Origin: a virus
Lineage: Duplodnaviria; Caudoviricetes
Strand: one strand, 5' to 3'
IMG/VR virus record: IMGVR_UViG_2602042090_000006
Coordinates: 1 to 64,000 of that record
Length of the DNA stretch: 64,000 nt
Shown: in pieces, positions 44,389 through 53,300 of the stretch
Position numbering within the stretch: position 1 is the stretch's first letter
Layout of the letters: the number at the start of each line of letters is the position of its first letter
The notes under the pieces: generated by a model
Told to the model about the DNA's origin: nothing
Databases searched by the model: none
Seen by the model: only the letters and a program-made list of their open reading frames with translations
Made by a program: the position numbers and the translations under genes

Positions 44389-44726
44389 AAGAGCCGTAAA
44401 AGGCATTTCGAGGGATCTTGAAGCCCTCTTCACAGCCGCAGGCAAATTCAGCGAAAATTGCCACATCGGCCTGATTTCGCGGCCGACCCGCTGTCAAAAA
44501 CTCTTGCCGATCATCCCACGCGATCGTCGCACAAACCGTTATCATTCAACGGCTTCCCGCAAAATCCCGCAGGTTCCCAGATAATCCCGGTTATTGCAGA
44601 TAGGTGTGACAGACAACACCGGTGTAGCCGGACGCGACTTTTTGCAATTTTGACACCGGGTTTTGCAGATACTGAGTTCTGCAAATGCACTGACAAAATG
44701 TCTTCAAAGCCTGCTCAACGGCTCGG

Positions 44727-45017
44727 CTAGTTAAGCCAGCCGTCCCTAAAGAGTTGAGCTCGTGCTTTGGCGCACTGTTCCCAATCGATTTCTCTTTTTT
44801 CTTTAAGGGACTCGTCCCGCACCTCCGCCATTTGAGCGGCAGCGAGTTCACCCATCAGGGAGCGAAGCCACTCTTGGGTTTGGGGTCCGATCGTAATCTT
44901 ACATTCTTTCACCCGGATCATCACGTCCAGAATGGCGATCTTACCTGTGACCTGTGCCACTGCCGTCTCACTCACGAACGACAGCGAGGTTATGAAAAAA
45001 AGTCCAAGAGCACGCAT
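44727..45017 (-). CDS. Small exported protein (terminal accessory gene of prophage 2)
   Basis: Signal-peptide-like N-terminus ending AVA-Q, two Cys; TAATG overlap with the methylase stop. Confidence 0.7.
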   Translation of the reverse strand: MRALGLFFITSLSFVSETAVAQVTGKIAILDVMIRVKECKITIGPQTQEWLRSLMGELAAAQMAEVRDESLKEKREIDWEQCAKARAQLFRDGWLN

Positions 45018-45820
45018 TAAGACCTCACAATCAGTTCACGGGCCTGAACGCCTTTGCCGCCCGCGACAGAATAAAGCAGATCCACATCAACAACGTCAAA
45101 TGCGCCAAACAGCTGCCGCGTCTGAGGGGCATCGTTGATCGATAGGACGAAATTCCCCTTCAGCCTACCGAGGCGTTCGGCCATCACCTCGAACTGATCA
45201 CGTCCGAACAGGGCAGCACCATAGTCGCCCTCGCTGCCGAAGTATGGCGGGTCGAGATAGAAGAGCGCGCCGGGCCGATCGTAACGATCGATAAAGGCCA
45301 GCCAGTCGAGGTTCTCGATCACCACACCGGCAAGGCGCTCATGCACGTCCTCGAGCATAGGAGCAAGCCGCGTGAGATTGAACCGAGACCCGCCCTCGTG
45401 CACCACACCGAACGTCTGGCCCGATACCTTGCCGCCGAAGGCAAGCTTCTGGAGATAGATGAAGCGCGCTGCGCGTTCGAGGTCCGTCAGCGTAGAGGGG
45501 TCGCACGCCTTCAAGCGCTCGAACTCGCGACGGCTGGTGATCTGGAATTTGAGGCAATCCATGAACTGCGGATAGTGCCGCTGAAGGATGCGAAACAGGT
45601 TCACGACGTCCCCGTTTCTGTCGTTGATGACCTCATGCCGAGGCGCCGATCGGCGACGGAAGAACACGCCGCCCATGCCTACGAACGGCTCTGCATAGGT
45701 CGTGTGCGGAATGTCGGCGATCATCTTGACCAAGCGCGGGGCCAAGGTCCGTTTTCCACCGATCCATGCGGCTGGTGGCTGGGTATTAACTACGTCTCTA
45801 AAGCCGTCTTCAAAGGGCAT
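45017..45820 (-). CDS. D12-class N6-adenine DNA methyltransferase (copy 2)
   Basis: EPFVGMGG and DPPY motifs; near-identical to 366..1181. Confidence 0.93.
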   Translation of the reverse strand: MPFEDGFRDVVNTQPPAAWIGGKRTLAPRLVKMIADIPHTTYAEPFVGMGGVFFRRRSAPRHEVINDRNGDVVNLFRILQRHYPQFMDCLKFQITSRREFERLKACDPSTLTDLERAARFIYLQKLAFGGKVSGQTFGVVHEGGSRFNLTRLAPMLEDVHERLAGVVIENLDWLAFIDRYDRPGALFYLDPPYFGSEGDYGAALFGRDQFEVMAERLGRLKGNFVLSINDAPQTRQLFGAFDVVDVDLLYSVAGGKGVQARELIVRS

Positions 45821-45840
45821 TTAAAAGGTTCTCAGAATCA

Positions 45841-45996
45841 TGCCACACAGGGCTGCCTCGAAAGAGGTCTGGGTGTGACAGTTATCCTAACTGGCTGTCG
45901 GAAGGGTCTGGCGTCGAAACTTGGCCCGTCCTCGGAGGTTTGCCTCCGGCACCTGGTGCTTGGCTTGCGGAGATCCATCTGAGATCTCCGCAAGCC
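45841..45996. ncRNA. Candidate structured RNA/leader (copy 2)
   Basis: Same hairpin series, including a perfect 14-bp inverted repeat GGCTTGCGGAGATC. Confidence 0.5.
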
Positions 45997-46010
45997 GTGT
46001 CGCTGAGGTA

Positions 46011-46295
46011 TCAGTTGATCGTCTGTTCCGCTGTCTCTTGCACAACCGGCTCGGCCGCGACCGGCGCTTCCGGCCGGTTCGGGTTGAGCTTGCGATCGAC
46101 ATATTCAGGCTCGTACTTCTGGAGCAGGGCATAGGCCTCCGTCAGCTGGGCCGAAATCGTGTCGAAGCCCTGGGCGAGCATATCGCACTCGTTCTGGAGA
46201 GCTTCGTTACGGCGCTTCATCGAGTTGATCATCATGTGCATGCTGAGTTTCCTTGTGAGGTTGTTCTGGATGGAAAGTCGGGATCGGCGTGTCAT
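46011..46295 (-). CDS. Hypothetical phage protein (copy 2)
   Basis: Paralogue of 1372..1656. Confidence 0.75.
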   Translation of the reverse strand: MTRRSRLSIQNNLTRKLSMHMMINSMKRRNEALQNECDMLAQGFDTISAQLTEAYALLQKYEPEYVDRKLNPNRPEAPVAAEPVVQETAEQTIN

Positions 46296-46978
46296 TCGGC
46301 CGACCAGTTGACCTCGGCGGCTGCGGTGATGGCCTGTGCGGTTTCTGCCGCCGCAATCGCCTTTTTCGCAGCCATACGCTTGGCCTCGACGCCTGCCGAG
46401 ATGTGCTGCCATCCTGTGAAGGTATCGACGATCTGATGTGCCTTCTCAGCCTTGGTCATCCCGTCGGCTTCGGCTTCAGCCACGATGTGAGGGATATCCG
46501 CGTCCGGGACGCCGGCGAAAGCGACCTTTGCGCGAGCCTCATCGAGCTTCTGCTGATAGGCCATGATCTGACCAAAGCCCGGCGTGATGAACTGCATCCG
46601 GTATGCCTCGGCCGCGCGATCGATCTTCACCACGGCTTCGGCCCGAAGCGCATCGAGATCGACCTCCGCTGGAGCCGGGCTCCACTGGTCGATGTAGGTT
46701 TTCAGGCCGTCCGGGATCGCCGGCCAATCGTTGGTGAAGCCGTCGAAGAGTGCGTCTTCGGCCTTGGTCAGCTGGCCGCGCAACGCGTCCGCGTCCGGGC
46801 CCGACAGCTCGGCCAGCATCTTGCCCGCCGTCTGATACCAGAACTCGGATGCGCTGAGGATCTGCTGTCGGCCGAGCCAGATGGCAGCGGCAACGGCCCA
46901 GCGCGAGGGCTTCTTCTGTTTCAGGCTCTCGACGACGCCGTCGGCCATGGACTCGTACATGCTATCGATGTTGTACAT
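46292..46978 (-). CDS. Phage protein downstream of the tail fibre (copy 2)
   Basis: Paralogue of 1653..2339. Confidence 0.75.
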   Translation of the reverse strand: MYNIDSMYESMADGVVESLKQKKPSRWAVAAAIWLGRQQILSASEFWYQTAGKMLAELSGPDADALRGQLTKAEDALFDGFTNDWPAIPDGLKTYIDQWSPAPAEVDLDALRAEAVVKIDRAAEAYRMQFITPGFGQIMAYQQKLDEARAKVAFAGVPDADIPHIVAEAEADGMTKAEKAHQIVDTFTGWQHISAGVEAKRMAAKKAIAAAETAQAITAAAEVNWSAE

Positions 46979-47011
46979 TGCTTTTCCTCTTGGTGGTTTC
47001 AGGTAGGCACG

Positions 47012-47314
47012 TCATCGGGATCGCCGTGGTGATCTCCACGGCAGGGCATCCAGAATTTGCTGATCGGGGCTGACTTGAGCGACTTCCGGCTCAACCGGCA
47101 CAATCTCAAGCGTTCGCGGATCGACGCGAATGTCTGTGACGGAAAGCAGCCTTTCCGGAACACGAAGGCTGGGGTTGGCGTACCGGGCTGTCTCAGCGTC
47201 GTATTCCGCACGCCCGAAGGCATTGCCGTGGTCGGAGATGGAGCCTGTCACCGGGTCGTAAATCACGAACCACAGTTCCTGCTCTCCGGGTCCAATGCTG
47301 TCAGACTCGCTCAT
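47012..47314 (-). CDS. Small acidic protein coupled to the fibre C-terminus (only in prophage 2)
   Basis: ATGA overlap with the fibre stop; FVIYDPVTGSI motif resembles fibre-associated proteins. Confidence 0.65.
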   Translation of the reverse strand: MSESDSIGPGEQELWFVIYDPVTGSISDHGNAFGRAEYDAETARYANPSLRVPERLLSVTDIRVDPRTLEIVPVEPEVAQVSPDQQILDALPWRSPRRSR

Positions 47315-50300
47315 TTCTTCAACCTCGTGATCGTCCATGAGGTGCCGTCATTCGTCATGCCGGCGCTGCTGCCGAAATACCCCATGTCTTTATTGTTCGT
47401 TCGCATCGCGCCGCCGGACCCCATGACGAACACGAGGGTAATCGTCACGTTCTGCGCGCTGCCGCCGTTGGTGAAGCTGCCGGAGATCGACTGGCTAGAG
47501 CAGCCGTAGGTATCGATGGCCGGCCCCGTGACTTTGATGGTGTCGAGGACCGTGCTGTTGATCTTCAGCTGCACGTCGCCGGCGTAGAACACTTCGGCGT
47601 TAACCCCTGTCATGGAGCCGCGAAGGTTCCAGAAGGCGTTGATGACGAGACGCTCTTCGGGTGCCAGCGTCAGTGTGCGCGTCAGCACCGTCGTCGTCGC
47701 CGACTTCGCCACGCTGCCGCCGCTCGTGTTGTAGTAGACATTCGAGATGGCGCCGTTGACCAGCTTCTCCCCGTTCAGGGTCGCATCGGTGATGTCGATG
47801 TTCGTGACCTTGATGTTCAGCGCCGACAGGTTCGCGACACTGATTTTCTCGGCCGTAACGGCATTGGCTGCGATCTTGTCTGCCGTCACCGCGTTCGCGG
47901 CGATCATGCCGGCCGTGAGGGCGCCATCTACGATCAGATCGCCGCCGTTGCGCTCGAAGCACCCCACGGCACCGAAGTAGACATTGCCGCCCGTTGTGTC
48001 CCGCTGGACAAACAGCTCGATGACGGCGGAAGCCGCTTCGCCGGGAGAAACCAGATTGACAGCCAGCGTACCCGTGCCGCCCGACCCTCGGTTGCCGGTG
48101 TTGATGTAATCAACGTAGCTCGCAATGTTCCCGCTGGCGTTCAGCCAGAGCACGCGGATCATGGCGTTGAAATTGTTGTTCGAGTAGATGGCGCCGGTGA
48201 AGCGGTAGGCAGTGCCGCCCTTTACCGGGAATGACCGGCTCTGGCAGTTCGTGTAGCCTCCGGAACCCCAGGGCCCAGCAGTGAAGGCCATTCCATTGTA
48301 GGACTGAAAGAGGCCGTGATCGCCCCATACGACCCAGCCCGGAATGGTGCCGACCCACGCATCTGTCGTCGTCATCTGGTTGTCCGGGACCAGATTGTTG
48401 AAATCCGAGATGACGAGCTGCTTTGCGGTGATCGAGCCTGCCGCGATCTCGCGCGCACCCAGCGTGTTGGCCTGAAGCTTAGAGCCAGTGATCACGCCCG
48501 CCTGGATATTGTCGGCGGTGATCGCATTGGCGGCAATCTTCCCCGCCACGACAGCATTCGCTCCGATTTTGTCAGAGCTGATGGCAAACGCCTGGATTTT
48601 GTCGGCGGTGATCGCGTTCGATGCGATCTCGGTAGCGCTGATCGTGCCAACCGCGATGTGACCGGCGCCGATCGTGCGCGCATTGATCTCGTAGCCGGTG
48701 ATCGTCGCAGCGATGAAGCTGTCAGCCGAGATGGTCCGGACCGCAATCTTGTCACCGGTTATCGTGCCACCGGCGATCTTCGCGGCCGTGATGGCGTTCG
48801 CGGCTAGCTGGTTGGTCGAGACCGCGCCGGCAGCGATCGTCGCTGCGGTCACGGCGTTAGCAGCGATTGTCCCGGCCGTCACAGCGTTTGCAGCAATCGT
48901 GCCTGCTGTCACCGCGTTCGCTGCGATCTTCCCGGCCGTGATCGCATTTGCCGCGATCTTGTTGGCCGTAATCGCGTTGGTGACGATGTTGCCTTCGGAG
49001 ATGACGGTCGTTCCGCCCTCGCTCCAAGGCGATGCTTCCAGCTGGTTGGCCGTCGCTTCGCCCAGATAGAACTTGGACGCCCAGGTGTAGGAGTTCGTGC
49101 CCCATGCCGCACTATGCCCCATGCACCGCAGGAAGAGCTGAACGTGCGTGGTTCCGGCCGGAGCCTGTCCTTTCACCCAGATCCGCTCATAGCTGGCCAA
49201 CTGGCTGCCCGGATCGCCGTTCTGGTGCGTTGGCTTGTCCGCGAACGTATAGCCAATCGTCACGCCACCGTTGTTGACGTACTCGATGTGAAGGCGAGCA
49301 TAATCAGACCGGTGCCCGTAGACATAAACAGACGCTTCTAGCCATGAGCCCTGCGCAACCGGCCAACGCATAGGGATGTTGTTGTCTGCGGGATTTCGCG
49401 GGGACAGGTCGGCAAACTGGCCGTTGTTTTGCGCGCCCTCCTGCAGAACCTGAAATGCGCCGTCGATAGGCGTGAAGTTGTCGTTGCGCTTGAGGAACGA
49501 CCAGTTCGCGCTGGACGCATAGATCCTCCAGTTGGTGATGTCGGCCTGGGCATTTGAGTTCGGGATCCAGTTCGTCCCTTTGCCGACGGCGAGCTTGTCT
49601 GCATAGATGGAGCCCGCAGCGATCTTGTCGGCAATGACCGCTCCAGCGGCGATCTGCCCCGCCGTGACGGCGCCGGCCGCAATGGTGCCGGTCGTAACCG
49701 CATTGGCCGCAATCGTGCCGGCCGTGATCGCGTTTGCGGCAACCGTGCCGGCGGTTACTGCATTTGCCGCGATCTTGCCCGCGACAACAGCCCCGGAGGC
49801 AATGCTAGCCGCTTCCACGGCGCCGGCGCTGATTTTCCCGGCGGTGACTGCGTTCGCTGCAATCTCGCTTGCGGTAACGGCATTGGCTGCGATCTTCGCC
49901 GTGGTGATCGAGTCCGCCGCAAGGTGGATGGTCGAGATCGATCCATCCACGACCAGCTCGGCACCCTCCGCCTTCCGCAGAGAAATGCGATCGATGATCA
50001 GGTAGCGCGTCGTTGACGGGCTGTGGTGGTAGATCTGCACCTTGCAATAGGTCGCAGAACCCGGAACCTGCGTCTTGCCGGAGCGCTTGTCCCAAGCGGC
50101 TGGAATAGACGCGTTGCCCTGCACATCGGTGTACTGCGGCGACGCAAGCGCTGTCTTGTTACGATCGAACCACAGGATGCGGTAATAGAAACCGAAACCT
50201 GAAGATCCGTCAGTCGTACGAACGGACACATCCCACGCCAGCCAGTCACCGGACGTCACGGGGATGAAGTCCTTCGTGACCATATTCATGGAGATGGTGC

Positions 50301-53300
50301 CGCCGGACCCCCCGTTTGTGCCGTTCTCCAGAACAAGCGACCAACGACCGGTCTGTGCGTCACCGACCCAGAGCCAGATATTTGCGCCGCCCGCACCGGA
50401 GCCGTTGTACATCGGATAGTTGGCGTCCCAGACCGATGTGAGCGCGCCTTGCTCAAACTGCCCGTCGGGAATGAAGTTTTCAAAATCCGTTAAGATGAGC
50501 TGCTTGGCCGAGATCGCGTTCGCGGCGATATTGTTGGCCACGATTGCGTCAGCGGCGATTTTCCCCGCAACCACGGCATTGGCCGCAAGCTCATTGGCAG
50601 TGACGGCGCTGGCGGCCAGCTTTGCAGTCGTGATGGCGCCGGAAGCGATCTCGGTCGCGGAGATCACGCCCGCCGCGATCTTCCCGGCGACAACCGAGTT
50701 CACAGCCAGTTTGTCGGCGGTAACAGCCAAGGCATCGAGCTTCGCAGTCGTGATGGCGCCCGACGCAATCGTGCCGGCGGTGACGGCGCCAGCAGCGAGC
50801 TTGGCCGTCTCGATCGCGCCGGAGGCGATCTTCGCGGCCGTAATCGCATTCGCCGCGATCTCATTGGCTGTGACAGCATTGGCAGCGATCTTGCCGGCTA
50901 CGATGGCACCAGCAGCGATCTTGTTCGCAGTGATCGCATTGGTGACGATGTTGCCCTCGGTGATGAGGGTGATCGAACCTTCGCTCCACGGAGTAGGCTC
51001 GGACTGGTACTGCGTTGCTTCCCCGACATAGAAACGAGAGAACCATGTGTAGGAGTCGGTGCCATTTGCGGCACTATGACCAAAGCAGCGCAAAAAGATT
51101 TCGACATGCGTTGTGCCTGCCGGCGCCTGACCCTTTGCCCAAACCCGCTGATAGGCTGAAAGCTGGCTTCCAGGGTCCGAGTTCTGGTTTGTCGGCTTGG
51201 CATCCATGATGAAGCCGAGCGAGTTACCGCCGTTATTGAAGCATTCGATATAGAGCTGAACGCCGTTCGAACGGTGCCCGAAAACATAGACGGACGCTTC
51301 CAGCCACGACAGCTGCGCAACAGGCCAGCGCATAGCGTAGTTGTTGTCGAACGGGCTTCGCGGGTTAACGTCTACGAAGGCTCCATCGAGCCGTGCGCCG
51401 CTCTGAAGAACGTAGAAGCAGCCATCGATGGGTGAGTAGTTGTTGTTCGCCTTTCCAAAGTCCCAAGTCCCCCCCGACCGGAACTTGATGCCCCAGTTTG
51501 TCAGGTCGGCCTGAGCGTTCGAGTTCGAGACCCAGTTGACGCCCTTGCCGACGGCCAACTTCTCTGCGGTGATGATCCCTGCAGCGAGGTTCGCGGCGGA
51601 GACTGCACTCGCTGCAATGGTGCCAGCCGTGATGGCATTCGCAGCCACGGTACCGGCTGTAACGGCGCCGGCCGAAATCGTGCCGGCTGTCACGGCGTTG
51701 GTCGCGATCTTGCCAGCGATAACAGCGTTCGCCCCGATCGTTCCGGCCGTCACGGCGCCGGCGGCAAGCTTGGCCGTCTCGATGGCGCCGGCGGCGATCT
51801 TGACAGCGGTGATCGCATTCGCAGCGATCGCGTCGGCCGTCACAGCGTTTGCTGCAATGGCGTTGGCCGTGATCGCAGCAGCCGACACATGCCGCGCGAC
51901 GATCGCGCCATCGACGATCAGGGATGCTTCCGCCATCTCGACAAGCTGGATGTCGGAGATCAGCCAATAGCCTACGGCGTCCGTTCCGGTGTCCATGTAC
52001 GGAACAGGCGTCGCGGTCTGCGTCCTGGAGCTGTCCGTCTTGAAGCGCCATTCGATCGTCTTGCCGGCAGCTGCCTGATATCCGGTGTCCGTCGCTGAAG
52101 CGATGACGCCCCCATCCGAGGCGGAGATCGACATGTCGTTGATGACGAGCGCATTGAAGTTCTTGTTGCACCCGACGTTCTTCACGATAGCCGACGCGCG
52201 GTACCAGGTGTCCGGCGTCAGGGGAAAGCCGCGGGCGATCCAGCCATGGATGCGCGGGCCGGCGTTCGCCGCAGCAAGGGCGGCATTGAACTTCATGGCA
52301 CCAGAGACGCGCATCGCTGCGACCTGGGCATCCGTGCTGGAGACGAACGTCACATAGGGAGCGTTTGGGGACCAATAGCCCGGATCTCCGTAGAACCGGT
52401 CAAGAATGAGGCTCGCGCCTACAGCGTTCGCGGCGATCGACATCTTGGATGCCGTGATCGCGTTGACGGCAATCTTGTCCGCCACGATGGCGCTCGCCTG
52501 AAGCTTCGGCGTCGAGATCGCATCATCGGCGATCTTCGTGTTCGTCACCGCGTTCGAGGCAAGCTTTGCCGCATCGACCGCGAGCGCCGCAAGCTTGGCG
52601 TTTGTGATGGCGAGATCGGCGATCTGTGTTCCGACAAGCTGGCCGGAAACCTTGGCGGCGGCAACGGCGGCGATCTGCGCATCCGTTAGCTGGCCCGTGA
52701 CCTTGCCGGCCGCGATCGCTGCGATTTGTGTGTCGGCGATCGTGCCGCCGATATCCGGAGCCGCGACACTCGAAGTCCACGCGGCCCCATCAAACCGGTA
52801 GATCTTGCTATCGGTGCTCAAGAACACGACCCGGCCCGCCGCATTGCCAGACGTCGGAAGCGAGGCGACGGTTTCTACGGGCTTCAGGCCTGTGCCGAAC
52901 TTCGCGGCCGTGATGGCGGCATCGGCGATTTGACTTGAGACCAGCGTGCCTGTGACCTTGGCCGCGCCGACGGCTGCAATCTGCGTATCGGTCAACTGGC
53001 CGGTGACCTTGGACGCGGAGAGTGCGGCCAGCTGGGCGTCCAGCAACGTGCCGGTGATGTCGCCGGCAGCCAAAGTGGAGACGAAGGCCGTGCCGTTGAA
53101 ACGATAGATCTTGTCATCCGTCGTCAGGAAGACGATCCGGCCTTCGGTGTTGCCCGTGGTCGGCAGCGAGGACACGATTTCGATCGGACGAAGGCCGGCG
53201 GCAAACTTCGCGGTCGTAACGGCAGCGTCAGCGATCTTCCCAGCGATGACCGACCCATCCGCAAGCTTCGTCGCGTCAACGGCCAACGCCGCAAGCTTCG

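Larger units (their letters stand above)
1..44618 (-). mobile_element. Mu-like transposable prophage 1 (siphovirus-type tail); right end just outside the window
   Basis: Mu-like gene order: repressor, ner, A, B, gemA, mor/C, lysis, gp26-29, F, G, I, capsid, tail, methylase. Putative left terminus reads TGTTGTCTGTCAC on the minus strand from 44618. Confidence 0.93.
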
